Assembly (NCBI RefSeq): GCF_000299365.1
Contig: NC_018655.1
Location: 660,001-692,000 of the forward strand
Source: Candidatus Nitrosopumilus koreensis AR1
Lineage (GTDB): Archaea > Thermoproteota > Nitrososphaeria > Nitrososphaerales > Nitrosopumilaceae
Direction: 5' to 3'
DNA: 32,000 bases
In this document: piece after piece, positions 16,228 through 25,804 of the stretch
Numbering within the stretch: position 1 is the first letter of the stretch
How the letters are laid out: every line of letters starts with the position of its first letter
The notes under the pieces: generated by a model
What the model was told of the DNA's origin: nothing
What the model saw: the letters and a program-made list of their open reading frames with translations, nothing else
Database searches by the model: none
Position numbers and translations under genes: made by a program

Positions 16228-16515
16228 ATGGAAGAAAAAAAAATTAAGACATATGAAGAATCAGAATGGAATACTGTTGCAAAAAGAACTGTCATAGCAG
16301 CAGAAAACAAACCAATACCAGAAAAAAAAGTTCCAGACAAGAAAGGAAAGGAAGTTTCAGAAAAAGCTTTCAGTGACGCAGCAGAACGAACAGTTACCAT
16401 TAGTGGAAAAGGTCCAAGAACACTATCCAAAAAACCTATTAAAAAAGGAAAGGAAGTTTCAGAAAAAGCTTTCAGTGAAGCCGCAGAAAGAACAGTTAAT
16501 GGAAGAGAAGCTTAA
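16228..16515 (+). CDS. Lys-rich protein with two copies of KKGKEVSEKAFS(D/E)AAERTV
   Basis: 95 aa. A 35-nt perfect direct repeat occurs at 16342-16376 and 16444-16478, with a 102-nt in-frame offset. Confidence 0.6.
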   Translation: MEEKKIKTYEESEWNTVAKRTVIAAENKPIPEKKVPDKKGKEVSEKAFSDAAERTVTISGKGPRTLSKKPIKKGKEVSEKAFSEAAERTVNGREA

Positions 16516-16521
16516 CAATCT

Positions 16522-16734
16522 TTGATCACTTCTGACAAAATCACAATTCTCTCGATTACAAAGGATTTGTATCGATTAAACCATCTTGGTGACATGGTGC
16601 GTCTTGCAATGGATGGCAACCATGACGGTGCAGAATTTTCTGAAAAAATGAAAAAATTTGAACTACGATATGGTTCTGTACCTGATGAATTCTTGGAATT
16701 ATTTGGAGAAATAGACAATGACAGAAATATGTAA
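16522..16734 (+). CDS. Hypothetical small protein (70 aa)
   Basis: TTG start with globular composition. The two opposite-strand ORFs are Cys/Phe-rich low-complexity. Confidence 0.5.
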   Translation: MITSDKITILSITKDLYRLNHLGDMVRLAMDGNHDGAEFSEKMKKFELRYGSVPDEFLELFGEIDNDRNM

Positions 16735-16828
16735 TAAATGTGGAAATGAATACAAGGCAATTTGGCATTATTCGACAGACAGAAAGATGACAAATGGATA
16801 TGCAGAATTATTATGTTGTAAAAAATAA
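16718..16828 (+). CDS. Cys-rich miniprotein (36 aa)
   Basis: MTEICNKCGNEYKAIWHYSTDRKMTNGYAELLCCKK (CxxC ... CC). Overlaps the previous ORF end by 17 nt. Confidence 0.45.
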   Translation: MTEICNKCGNEYKAIWHYSTDRKMTNGYAELLCCKK

Positions 16829-17123
16829 AAAACTTTACATTGAGGATAGATAATCATGCGGGGAAGCGTGTTTTGTTAAATTGGTTAAACGCTCCATACT
16901 TTTGTCTACATGTAAAACTTGATTTTCAGACTTGAGTTGTTTTGTATTTAACATGATGTGACATTTATCTTCAAGAATACTATCGAACGGCAAATAGATG
17001 ATATTGCTTTAAAACAATCTAAAATTGTTTTAAATCTCCAATTGGAATAATTTCACTAACTCTAATCATAAAAAACTCGATATTATTATCAGTTATGATA
17101 AATATGCTTGTATTCAAATAATA

Positions 17124-19259
17124 TTGTACAGTAAACAATTCCTGTCAGAAATTGAACTGAAAATCGAAGAGATGCCACAGGCCTATGTGGGTAAGGGAGT
17201 GGCCATCGTTGATCCAAAAATAATTGAAGAGAATAACTGGAAATCGGGACAGATTCTAGAACTGTCTGCAAATAAAAAAAGTCATGTAAAACTATGGTCT
17301 GGATTTCCAGAAGACTATGACAGCAATGTTATCCGCATAGATGGTTTGACTAGATACAACATCGGCGCAAGTATCGGGGAGAATCTTTCTCTCAAAGCAG
17401 TTGATGGGGAAGAAGCAGAACAAATTGTGTTATCCCCCATTGAAAAGATTCATGCCGAGGGATTGCATGAGTACATGTCTTCACTTTATCAAGGCCATAT
17501 CTTTACCACAGGCGATACAGTGATAGTCAATACCCAGATGGGAAGTAAGATTCAGCTTGTTGTGACCAGCACAAAACCTGCAAAGCCTGTTTTTGTAACC
17601 GAGGATACAATATTCAAGTTAGGAAACATTACAAAATTAGATGATCCTTCCATACCAAGAATTACCTATGACGAGTTGGGCGGACTAAAAAATGAGATTC
17701 TAAAGATACGTGAAATGGTAGAGTTACCGATGAGGCATCCAGAATTGTTTGAGAAAATCGGCATATCCTCACCCAAAGGTGTTTTGTTGTATGGTCCTCC
17801 CGGAACTGGAAAGACGTTACTTGCGAAGGCAGTTGCAGGTGAGACAAATTCCCACTTTACATCACTTAGTGGTCCGGAAATCATGGCAAAGCATTATGGT
17901 GAAAGCGAGGAAAAACTGCGAGAAATTTTTACACAAGCTGAGGAAAATGCCCCTAGCATTATCTTCATTGATGAAATTGATTCAATTGCTCCAAAAAGAG
18001 AGGAGGTTTCAGGAGAATTGGAAAAACGCATTGTATCACAATTACTGACATTGATGGATGGAATGAAATCTCGTGGAAAAGTTGTAGTTATTGCTGCAAC
18101 CAATAGACCAGATAGCATAGATCCTGCACTTCGAAGACCAGGCAGATTTGACAGGGAAATTGAAATCGGAATTCCTGATGAAGATGGAAGATTAGAAGTG
18201 TTAAACATCCACACACGTGGAATGCCTTTGGACAAAAAGGTAGATCTAAAGAAAATTTCTAAAACAACTCACGGATTTGTGGGGGCTGACCTGGAAGTTC
18301 TTTGTAAGGAGGCAGCAATGAGATCCCTTAGAAGAATTTTACCTGAGATTAATTTGGAAGAAGAAAAAGTTTCAAAGGAAGTGCTGCAAAAAATAAAGAT
18401 AACTAGCAAGGATTTTACAGATGCATTAAAAGAAGTCAGGCCTTCTGCACTAAGGGAAGTTCTAGTTCAGATTCCAAATGTAAGTTGGGATGATGTAGGT
18501 GGATTGGACAAACTAAAGGAAGAACTGCGTGAGGCAATAGAGTGGCCATTAAAATACAAAGATGCTTTTGATTATGCACATGTAAAAACGCCAAAAGGGG
18601 TGCTGCTTTACGGTCCTCCGGGAACAGGAAAAACACTAATTGCAAAGGCAGTTGCGACAACAACTGAATCCAATTTTATCAGCATCAAGGGTCCTGAACT
18701 GCTATCCAAATGGGTTGGTGAATCTGAAAAGGGGGTAAGAGAGATTTTCAGAAAAGCACGTATGGCTGCCCCCTGTATAATTTTCTTTGATGAAATAGAT
18801 GCACTTGTTCCAAAAAGAGGAAGTGGTGGTTCAGATTCACATGTCACAGAAAATGTTGTCTCCCAGATTCTAACTGAGATAGATGGGTTGGAGGAACTCA
18901 ATAACGTATTGATAATTGGTGCAACAAACAGGCTGGACATTGTGGATCCAGCACTACTCAGGCCTGGCAGATTTGACAGGGTAATAGAAGTTCCAAACCC
19001 TGATGTTGCAGGAATAGAAATGATTCTCAAGATTCACACCAAAGACAAACCACTTGCTGAAGATGTCAATCTAAAGACCTTAGCAGAAATGTCAAAGGGA
19101 TTCAGTGGAGCAGAAATCGAAGAGGTGTGCAATCGCGGAGCACTCTTGGGAGTTAAGAGATTTGTGGAAAACAAGGACAAAGACGTAAAGTCCATCAAAA
19201 TAACTCAAAAGGATCTAGAATACTCGATAAACGAAATAAATAAGACAAAAAAGATTTGA
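17124..19259 (+). CDS. cdc48: CDC48/VCP-like AAA+ ATPase (N domain plus D1 and D2)
   Basis: 711 aa. Two Walker A motifs (GPPGTGKT) and two Walker B motifs ([18 protein letters not shown]). Second regions of homology [22 protein letters not shown] and [23 protein letters not shown]-terminal double-psi-barrel-like LKIEE...GKGVAIVDP. Confidence 0.95.
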   Translation: MYSKQFLSEIELKIEEMPQAYVGKGVAIVDPKIIEENNWKSGQILELSANKKSHVKLWSGFPEDYDSNVIRIDGLTRYNIGASIGENLSLKAVDGEEAEQIVLSPIEKIHAEGLHEYMSSLYQGHIFTTGDTVIVNTQMGSKIQLVVTSTKPAKPVFVTEDTIFKLGNITKLDDPSIPRITYDELGGLKNEILKIREMVELPMRHPELFEKIGISSPKGVLLYGPPGTGKTLLAKAVAGETNSHFTSLSGPEIMAKHYGESEEKLREIFTQAEENAPSIIFIDEIDSIAPKREEVSGELEKRIVSQLLTLMDGMKSRGKVVVIAATNRPDSIDPALRRPGRFDREIEIGIPDEDGRLEVLNIHTRGMPLDKKVDLKKISKTTHGFVGADLEVLCKEAAMRSLRRILPEINLEEEKVSKEVLQKIKITSKDFTDALKEVRPSALREVLVQIPNVSWDDVGGLDKLKEELREAIEWPLKYKDAFDYAHVKTPKGVLLYGPPGTGKTLIAKAVATTTESNFISIKGPELLSKWVGESEKGVREIFRKARMAAPCIIFFDEIDALVPKRGSGGSDSHVTENVVSQILTEIDGLEELNNVLIIGATNRLDIVDPALLRPGRFDRVIEVPNPDVAGIEMILKIHTKDKPLAEDVNLKTLAEMSKGFSGAEIEEVCNRGALLGVKRFVENKDKDVKSIKITQKDLEYSINEINKTKKI

Positions 19260-19405
19260 GGTGTTTCTTGACTTGCTTTGCAAATATAAAATCACAAGCA
19301 AATGAATTGTGAAATATATGCTGTCCTGGGCATGACGAAATTCTGATATTCAAAACGGTTTTTACAACATCTTAATTAATTAGAAAATGGAGATCAGTGA
19401 CATCT

Positions 19406-19570
19406 ATGAATAAATCACATGTGTGCGAAAAATGTGGGAATAATTTTTCTAAAATAGTAGGGATCATAAACATTTCAAAATGCCCTCAATGCAAAGAAAT
19501 TGGTTTTGACATGACAACCCCTAAAACAGGATTTGAGGATGATGGAGAATTTTTGAATGAAGAAGGATGA
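19406..19570 (+). CDS. Zinc-ribbon miniprotein (54 aa)
   Basis: MNKSHVCEKCGNNFSKIVGIINISKCPQCKEIGF... (CxxC x15 CxxC), with an acidic tail. Confidence 0.55.
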   Translation: MNKSHVCEKCGNNFSKIVGIINISKCPQCKEIGFDMTTPKTGFEDDGEFLNEEG

Positions 19571-19590
19571 TGATTGAAATGAAGGTTTTT

Positions 19591-19690
19591 GCTTCCGTAT
19601 ATGCCTAATTTGGTTTTACCTACAAACCTATTGACGGCACGTTCAGTTCAATTGACATGTATTAAACCAAGATAATGATTGATTTGTGAC
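19591..19690 (+). repeat. Intergenic repeat family, degenerate copy H
   Basis: gcttccgtatatgcctaatttggtttta...cacgttcagttcaattgac...taatgattgatttg aligns with copies A and B. Starts 20 nt after the 19570 stop. Confidence 0.4.
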
Positions 19691-20014
19691 CTTTACTTGG
19701 ATTCTAATCATTCAACTGGATAGTGAAAATGACAACTAGGACATATCCACCATTGAGTATCTGCCTCTCTAATCTTCTCACATAGAACGTGGCAATTCTT
19801 ACAAAAGTGGCAATACAACCTAGTTCCTTACGGACTATCAAGTAAATGAACTAGGTTATTCTAAAAAAAGTACACTTGCCGTAGTAAATGACTTGATAGA
19901 AATTAAGGCCTTTTTTAAAATCTGAGTATTTTCTGGAAATCTATGTATGATCTAAACAATTAATGTAACTTTTATCAAAGTTAAGCATTCAAGTTTTGAA
20001 TCTTTTCAATAATC

Positions 20015-20287
20015 TTAAGTTCCTGACAGTTTAGAACCTTGATTTTTCATTTTACGCCCTAAAAATGCAATAACCCAACCGATACCAATCAGTGCTGAAC
20101 CAAATAGGATGTTCCATTCATAATACTTTACATACTCCTCTTCAAATCTAGGATCTTCTTGGAATTGTTCTTGTGGAATATCTGTTAGAAACAGAGCCCA
20201 TATTGAAAAAACAACTATGAGCACACCCAATGCAAAAAATGCAATCATTACATACTTTGAAGCTCCACGAATCATGCATTCATACAA
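20015..20287 (-). CDS. Small 2-TM membrane protein
   Basis: 90 aa with two hydrophobic helices flanking an acidic loop. Confidence 0.65.
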   Translation of the reverse strand: MYECMIRGASKYVMIAFFALGVLIVVFSIWALFLTDIPQEQFQEDPRFEEEYVKYYEWNILFGSALIGIGWVIAFLGRKMKNQGSKLSGT

Positions 20288-20376
20288 GAATTCCCCTATA
20301 TGGAGTGTGGTGTCAATTCTAAACTCTTTTGAGAATAATCAATACGCTCAAGTTCTTAGAAAATGTAATCAATGTT

Positions 20377-20493
20377 ATGGGATTTCTAGACAAATTCAAA
20401 AAAACTAAAGACACATCAATTGATTCTGAAAATAGGTCATCTGAGCAAGAAGAGATGAGAGACGAACAGTATCAACTTGAAAGAAAATTATGA
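20377..20493 (+). CDS. Possible small acidic protein (38 aa)
   Basis: MGFLDKFKKTKDTSIDSENRSSEQEEMRDEQYQLERKL. No supporting features. Confidence 0.3.
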   Translation: MGFLDKFKKTKDTSIDSENRSSEQEEMRDEQYQLERKL

Positions 20494-20569
20494 AAGTGAC
20501 GAAAATTATGAAGACTCTAAAGACTAGTTAATCATACTTAAGTTCATAAAAAAATACCTTTTAACGACA

Positions 20570-20683
20570 ATGAACAAAATATGCCCTTGCAAGTGTGGAT
20601 GTGAACGAAAAATATCCAATGTCTATTACGATACTTGTATCTTTTGTCTACTTGGAGAACATAAAAATGACTCAAACTCTTAA
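20570..20683 (+). CDS. Cys-rich miniprotein (37 aa), paralog of 15024..15143
   Basis: MNKICPCKCGCERKISNVYYDTCIFCLLGEHKNDSNS. Confidence 0.5.
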   Translation: MNKICPCKCGCERKISNVYYDTCIFCLLGEHKNDSNS

Positions 20684-20983
20684 TTTGTTCATTTCTTGTC
20701 CAATACTAGGTAAACAGTATTTGGTATGCAAGCCAACAATTTATGAAAAATTTAGGACAATATTTTTGAAGTAATTTGCAGAACTTAGGGTATTGATCCA
20801 AAAGTAATAATTCCTTTGATATCATTCGATATGTTCAATTTCAACAAAAAACGTATGTTCAAAATTGTTCGTTTTTTACTTTTACCGTGTCCAGAGTTCA
20901 AATTGTAATGAGAGCATTTTGTTGTGGGGATATAGTTAGATGATTTAAAATCATACCCACGTGGTAGGAGTTTTGAGTTATTT

Positions 20984-21472
20984 ATGCAGATTTATCAACA
21001 GCTTCAGGAAATTTTAGCCAATAACACATTTCAGGATTATGGCATAATTGGATTATTTCTAAATTCTTTTTTGTCAGCTACTGCAATACCTTTACCTACT
21101 GAAATTCTGACTTCAGCTTTACTGATAGGTGGAGAAAATCAAATTCTAATTGGGATAGCATTAGTTTTGGGCTCTACAATCGGTGGAGTGTTGAATTATT
21201 TTATTGGGTTTGGTGGAAACACACTGATTACAAAATTCAAGAAAAAGAAAGATCAAAAGGAGGCTGAGCAGAAAAACAAAGACAATAAACTACTTGAAAA
21301 ATTTGGCTGGAGTGCAGTATTTTTCGCATCTTGGATTCCAATTATTGGAGATTTCATTCTAATATCTGCTGGTGTAAAGAAAATGAACTTCACCAAGTTT
21401 TTCATTTTTATGGTCACAGGCAAGACTTTCAAAACTATTGCAGTGGTATCTGGATTGGGATTGATCTTTTAA
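20984..21472 (+). CDS. YqaA/DedA (SNARE-associated, VTT) family membrane protein
   Basis: 162 aa. YGIIGLFLNSFLSATAIPLPTEILTSALLIGG and LGSTIGGVLNYFIGFGG match the YqaA-type pattern. Confidence 0.7.
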   Translation: MQIYQQLQEILANNTFQDYGIIGLFLNSFLSATAIPLPTEILTSALLIGGENQILIGIALVLGSTIGGVLNYFIGFGGNTLITKFKKKKDQKEAEQKNKDNKLLEKFGWSAVFFASWIPIIGDFILISAGVKKMNFTKFFIFMVTGKTFKTIAVVSGLGLIF

Positions 21473-21529
21473 AAAAGACATGTCAAAATTTCCAATATTT
21501 TTTGCATTTTTCACAAAACAGAATAGGTG

Positions 21530-21958
21530 TTAAGATTGGACTCTATTGGAAGATTCATAGTTTTTATGAATTATCAATGTGTCAAAACCCTCGTCTTTGT
21601 TGGGCGTTTCAAATTCCTTTAGTTGTTTGTTTATTGCAGCCAATGGAAAGGAATCACGTCTCCTTGTTCTTCTTTGTTCAATGATTCCTGACGAGGTATT
21701 CATAAAAACTCCAATCATTTTGGCGTTGTATTTTTTTGCCATATCGATATGCATTTTTCGAATGTCTTTTGTAATATTGGTATCATCAACAACTATGCTT
21801 TTGCCTTGCTTGAGGCATTGTTCAATGTAATTCATCTCTTTTTTTCTGTCGTTGTCAAAATAATAAAGTCGTATTTCCTCATGAGTAAAATTTGCTTTGA
21901 CATAAGTGGTTTTCCCACTCAATGCAATACCTATCATAATGACATATTCCAAGCTCAT
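21530..21958 (-). CDS. P-loop kinase (AAA_33 / polynucleotide-kinase-like)
   Basis: 142 aa. Walker A IGIALSGKTT and a VVDDTN motif typical of PNK-like kinases. Confidence 0.7.
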   Translation of the reverse strand: MSLEYVIMIGIALSGKTTYVKANFTHEEIRLYYFDNDRKKEMNYIEQCLKQGKSIVVDDTNITKDIRKMHIDMAKKYNAKMIGVFMNTSSGIIEQRRTRRRDSFPLAAINKQLKEFETPNKDEGFDTLIIHKNYESSNRVQS

Positions 21959-22060
21959 TTCTTATCTTTTCTGATTTTTAATCAATATGACTGAACCAAT
22001 TATTCTTGACAAATCATTTCTCAAAAGTGTAATTAATAGAATAATCCTTTGACAGGGGTT

Positions 22061-22345
22061 TCAGATGTTCTCCTGAGGGGATCCTATATAGAAGACATAT
22101 ACAAAATCTGCACTCCCATAACTTTCTGAATCTTGCCTCATTCCTTTGTCTAGAAAATATGATTCCACTTTGTCTGCATCATCTTTGGAATTGGCATCCC
22201 AATCCCTCCAACTATTTGGTTCTCCGCGTTTGGTTTTACTGTTTTCAGAATCATTTGTTCTACCTATCATCCATTTTGAGTAATTTCCATCTGATTGAGA
22301 CTTTACAAGTTCTTCTATTTCAGAAATGATTTCTGAGGATTCCAT
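22061..22345 (-). CDS. Hypothetical protein (94 aa)
   Basis: Clean ORF with acidic/Trp-rich composition. No family recognised. Confidence 0.55.
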   Translation of the reverse strand: MESSEIISEIEELVKSQSDGNYSKWMIGRTNDSENSKTKRGEPNSWRDWDANSKDDADKVESYFLDKGMRQDSESYGSADFVYVFYIGSPQENI

Positions 22346-22513
22346 GATTTTCTAGTGTCCCTCATCTTAAAAAAGAATGCCAATAAAACCATTCATGATA
22401 ATTCAAGATGGATGTTTTGTCTTCTTTAATTCATTTATCTGGTATTCCAGATTTTTTTGAGTTATCTTGAGTGACTTTAAACGCTTAAGTTTGAATGACA
22501 TTAGATAAGTAAT

Positions 22514-22660
22514 ATGATAGATGTAAAAGATTTGAGAGTGTGCGTTGATTGTGGAACCGTATACAATGAAAAATTTTCAAGAGGAACGTGCCCAAACTGT
22601 CATACCAATAATTATGAACAGGTATCTGCAGATAGCGGCGTGGGAAATTTAGACAGATAA
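22514..22660 (+). CDS. Zinc-ribbon miniprotein (48 aa)
   Basis: MIDVKDLRVCVDCGTVYNEKFSRGTCPNCHTNNYEQ... Paralog of 23225..23353. Replaces the antisense track ORF 22485..22715. Confidence 0.55.
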   Translation: MIDVKDLRVCVDCGTVYNEKFSRGTCPNCHTNNYEQVSADSGVGNLDR

Positions 22661-23091
22661 ACAGCCTTTGAAAAGATCGAATGGATAAAAAACAGATACG
22701 AGAAAACTTGTTCATCTATCAAAGACTCTGAATGATATTCTACTGACATCTGAAATTGCCCCCAAAAACAAGTCAATACTGCAAAAGCTCTCCCTACTCT
22801 GCATCCTAATTAACCTCAAACAATATGAAACTCTATAAGCAATATTGGCGTAAAGTTAGTAACGTAGTGGTGTGAGTTTGCATATCTGCAAGGAAGGACT
22901 GAATTGACTACTCAGCTACGTGCTGTTGTATTATGATTGGAATTTTATGTCTTTATATGCCAGTAGTGACTAAGTGAATTATATCGGAAAATATTTTTGC
23001 AAAATTCAAAGTAAGAAAAGAAAAGACACCAAAGGACGTTAACGCATTCAAAGAATCTGAAGAAACGAAATTAGTGAGGATAGAAAAATAA

Positions 23092-23220
23092 ATGGCGTAT
23101 CGCTGCAAGCATTGCAATTTTAGATGGGATGCATGGCAAGGCAATTTTCAAAAAGTATTAGATCATGAAAAAACCCATTTGAAAGACAAGAAAGTTCAGA
23201 CGGCGGAGACAACAGGATAA
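23092..23220 (+). CDS. C2H2-type zinc-finger miniprotein (42 aa)
   Basis: MAYRCKHCNFRWDAWQGNFQKVLDHEKTHLKDK (CxxC x12 HxxxH). Confidence 0.55.
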   Translation: MAYRCKHCNFRWDAWQGNFQKVLDHEKTHLKDKKVQTAETTG

Positions 23221-23224
23221 TGCA

Positions 23225-23353
23225 ATGATTGCTATTGATGATTTGAGATCCTGTGAGAATTGTGGTAACGTGTTCTTGAAAAAAATAGGGGGCAAGATGA
23301 CAAACAGATGTCCTGCATGTAATGTGTGGAAGAAGGAAACTATTTCCCAATGA
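23225..23353 (+). CDS. Zinc-ribbon miniprotein (42 aa), paralog of 22514..22660
   Basis: MIAIDDLRSCENCGNVFLKKIGGKMTNRCPACNVWKKETISQ. Shares MI.(V/I).DLR.C..CG.V(Y/F) with its paralog. Confidence 0.55.
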   Translation: MIAIDDLRSCENCGNVFLKKIGGKMTNRCPACNVWKKETISQ

Positions 23354-23526
23354 GACTACACACATATTCATATCTCAAGAAATTACGGATTAGTTTTTAG
23401 TTACAAAATCGGTAGATTTGGAAATTCTGTGATCATAGAAAATATGACAACAAGGATCAATTAAAGAGAAATAAAGCACAACACGTCTAGAGCCGCTTAA
23501 TATGCTTGGTCGGGTCTACAGTACTT

Positions 23527-23622
23527 ATGAAGTACTGCCACAGTTGTTTAACTCCAATTAACAGATATTCAAAAGAAGAGTATTGTTTGATATGTCAAAG
23601 AAACAAAACCATCTCAGGTTAA
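23527..23622 (+). CDS. Zinc-ribbon miniprotein (31 aa)
   Basis: MKYCHSCLTPINRYSKEEYCLICQRNKTISG (CxxC x12 CxxC). Confidence 0.45.
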   Translation: MKYCHSCLTPINRYSKEEYCLICQRNKTISG

Positions 23623-23797
23623 CTTGATTTCTACAATTTTTTCCTAAATGTTAAATCGTTATGATTGCAAATATCCTCAAACAGTATTGTACGACAAATG
23701 AGTTTTCTGATGAATCCTGGGCAAAGGAGTTTGGTTTCCAAGTAATTGTATCTGTATGATTTATGAGTGTGTATACTTGACCTGTTTTTGATTTATC

Positions 23798-24679
23798 ATG
23801 TCTATCCAAAATAAAACACTAGAAAAATTCATGAAAGAGATGGTTGCAGATTTAACTGCAAAATTTCACGATGAGATTGTTTCATTTGTACTGTTTGGCT
23901 CTGCAACAACAGGCGAATGGATTCGTGGAAAATCCGACATTGACTGTATTGTAATTATAAAAAATAAAAAATTATGTAAAGATATTGAAACTTATCTAAG
24001 CAGTCTTTTGCTCACTCTTGATGCAAAATATGATCTAAAACTATCAGACACATGTACATCCTACAAAAAGACTGACAATCCTGCACTTGATCTAATCTTT
24101 AAGACTGAAAACAAGATGATGTTCGGTCAGCCGTTTTATGTGGTAGCAGAGGATCAGCTTGACCTGAAGGGATTTAAGATAAGAAAAAACCTCAAAGTGG
24201 AGATTGGAACCAGAACCATTGCGTCTCTTGGTCTGTTCTTGCAGAGAATAAAAAATACTGGAATTATTTTGTATGGACGTGACATACGAAAAGAAATACC
24301 AAAAACTGTTCCTACTCTTGAGAAGATAAAGGCATCATTTAATGCGATGTTGCTCTTGATGATGAGCTTTGTGATATTTCCATTCAGTTTTAACTCTGCA
24401 TTCTCTCATGCAGTAAAGGCAAATTTCTGGGCATGTGATGACGTATTATTTGCATTAGACAAACCTCTGTCCACTACAAAACAGGAGATACTTGACATCT
24501 GTTCAATTTTTGGCAAGTCTGAGATTGATTCAGAGCATCTGCTAATGTCCTTGGAATACAAAAAAACTAAAGACAATATGAAACTCAGTAAGGGATTTGT
24601 TTTTGGATACATGATAAAGAGCACAAAATTCGTTTATGGGCTGTATGCTGTTGCTCTAAAAAAGATGTTGAGAAAATGA
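23798..24679 (+). CDS. Pol-beta-superfamily nucleotidyltransferase domain protein with helical C-terminal extension
   Basis: 293 aa. The N-terminal FVLFGSATTGEWIRGKSDIDCIVII matches the GS...(D/E)xD NTase signature. The overall size resembles KNTase/ANT-like enzymes. Confidence 0.75.
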   Translation: MSIQNKTLEKFMKEMVADLTAKFHDEIVSFVLFGSATTGEWIRGKSDIDCIVIIKNKKLCKDIETYLSSLLLTLDAKYDLKLSDTCTSYKKTDNPALDLIFKTENKMMFGQPFYVVAEDQLDLKGFKIRKNLKVEIGTRTIASLGLFLQRIKNTGIILYGRDIRKEIPKTVPTLEKIKASFNAMLLLMMSFVIFPFSFNSAFSHAVKANFWACDDVLFALDKPLSTTKQEILDICSIFGKSEIDSEHLLMSLEYKKTKDNMKLSKGFVFGYMIKSTKFVYGLYAVALKKMLRK

Positions 24680-24830
24680 AATACTAGATTTTTTGAATGC
24701 TATGAGGCCCAAAATCTCAACAATCTCAAATGCAATTCCTTGACAAACGGTTCATAATTCTGACATATTTGTCGATAAAAGTAACAGAATAGTCAGCATT
24801 GGTTAATACTCTTAAATTCACATACTGTAC

Positions 24831-25037
24831 ATGGCAACAAAAAATAATCCAGGACGCATTTCAAAGTTTCTTACAAGAGCTGACAAAGCGATTGATGGTG
24901 GCATCAAAAAGGCTGATGAAATGTTAGATGAGGCAGTAGAGTTTGGGCATATGACCTATGATGGCGCAAAAAAGACACGTGATGAATCGAGACGAAGAGT
25001 AGCCAAGAAGGCTGCAAAGAAAACAGATGGAAAATAA
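24831..25037 (+). CDS. Small Lys-rich helical protein (68 aa)
   Basis: Clean ORF reading MATKNNPGRISKFLTRADKAIDGGIKKADEMLDEAVE... Confidence 0.55.
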   Translation: MATKNNPGRISKFLTRADKAIDGGIKKADEMLDEAVEFGHMTYDGAKKTRDESRRRVAKKAAKKTDGK

Positions 25038-25196
25038 ACAATTAGATTTTCAAGTAGAAATTGTGATATTATCATGTTTTCAAGTCGCACTAAAATAATT
25101 GGGCAGAGTGGGGCAATAATTAGAAAAACGTCATAATCTGTTCTTGTTGTTTAATTTCTATTAACTGTGACAAATGTGTAAGTAAAAACAACATTC

Positions 25197-25475
25197 ATGT
25201 CAGCGTGGCTTAATACACTATTTGCAATTATGTTAACAATGACAAAAACAAAACAAATTCCTAATAATCCAGACAGAGAGCCATTTCGTAAAATGCGTAA
25301 CGATCGAGAAATTGGAAATGTTTCTAACCTTCCAAAAGATGCAATTGAAGGTTGTAGAAAAGACATGCAAATCGGAACTCTGTTGGATAAATGGAATGTA
25401 AGAACTGTTGAGGAACTGAAAAAAAAATTCAGAAAACAAAACAGACTCAAAAAATTTAATCAAAGATTAGATTAA
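25197..25475 (+). CDS. Hypothetical basic protein (start 25197 or ATG 25230)
   Basis: The + frame is protein-like (PNNPDREPFRKMRNDREIGNVSNLPKDAIEGCRKDMQIGTLLDKWNVRTVEELKKKF). The two overlapping minus ORFs are Phe/Ser/Ile low-complexity. Confidence 0.5.
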   Translation: MSAWLNTLFAIMLTMTKTKQIPNNPDREPFRKMRNDREIGNVSNLPKDAIEGCRKDMQIGTLLDKWNVRTVEELKKKFRKQNRLKKFNQRLD

Positions 25476-25497
25476 CATATGGAATTTACGCTTATCT

Positions 25498-25635
25498 GCG
25501 TCCATTTCTATCCCCAATTTGGTAGTAGTCCACGTGAAGTTGAATCGAATCATTTTCTTTTCCCATAATCGGTTCAGGCCTTTGCGGATTTCATACAAAA
25601 CACCAGAAGGACTTTTCAATGACTGGGATTGACTT
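25498..25635 (+). repeat. Intergenic repeat family, copy A
   Basis: gcgtccatttctatccccaatttggtag is 28/28 identical to copy C. It is followed by gtccacgtgaagttgaatc, ggttcaggcctttgcgg and tgactgggattgac. Starts 22 nt after the 25475 stop. Confidence 0.75.
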
Positions 25636-25708
25636 TCATAGAGTATGGTGATATTGTATGTACATAATTGTCAGCGTCACTTAATATCTTATTTTATGAA
25701 ATAATGTT

Positions 25709-25804
25709 GTGACCTGCAAATATTGCGGAAAAGATTTTTACCATCGTGCTAGTACTTACTGTTCAACTGATTGCGCAATTAACGGACAAGATGCTGTCCT
25801 TTGA
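25709..25804 (+). CDS. FCS/MYM-like zinc-finger miniprotein (31 aa, GTG start), paralog of 15248..15337
   Basis: VTCKYCGKDFYHRASTYCSTDCAINGQDAVL. Confidence 0.45.
   Translation: MTCKYCGKDFYHRASTYCSTDCAINGQDAVL

Noticed and set aside
17662-19030. Six ORFs overlapping cdc48 on either strand (e.g. 17666..17884, 17894..18235, 18608..19030)
   Set aside because: The cdc48 frame is continuous for 711 aa with duplicated Walker A/B motifs, so these are shadow ORFs.
20217-20408. Plus ORF 20217..20408
   Set aside because: Its first third is antisense to the 2-TM protein 20015..20287. The more plausible small ORF in this region starts at 20377 in another frame.
21331-21994. Plus ORFs 21331..21684, 21579..21830 and 21749..21994
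   Set aside because: They overlap the YqaA-like gene end or are antisense to the P-loop kinase, which has a Walker A motif.
22855-22925. Relatively GC-richer patch with nested short palindromes (acgtag...ctacgt, tgcatatctgca) as a possible ncRNA
   Set aside because: The stems are only 4-6 bp with long loops, and no recognisable RNA family signature (C/D box, H/ACA, tRNA) is present. I cannot support it without covariation or expression data.
22485-23371. Minus ORFs 22485..22715, 22953..23144 and 23120..23371
   Set aside because: Each is antisense to a + strand mini-ORF with clean CxxC or C2H2 metal-binding geometry and a paralog elsewhere. The minus frames are Phe/Leu/Ser-rich.
25151-25463. 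Minus ORFs 25151..25450 and 25233..25463
   Set aside because: The + frame (25197..25475) has balanced, charged composition, whereas the minus frames are Phe/Ser/Ile low-complexity. This is a judgement call with only moderate confidence.
25470-25545. Integron attC interpretation of the repeats (GTTGAAT fits the R' core GTTRRRY; TTAAC overlaps the upstream stop codon)
   Set aside because: The candidate R'' boxes (GATTAAC, TTTTAAC) do not fit RYYYAAC. The internal L''/L' pairing is poor, the spacing varies from about 35 to 76 bp, and the conserved repeat continues about 90 bp beyond the putative R'. No IntI-like integrase is visible. I kept it only as an analogy for the gene-then-repeat layout.
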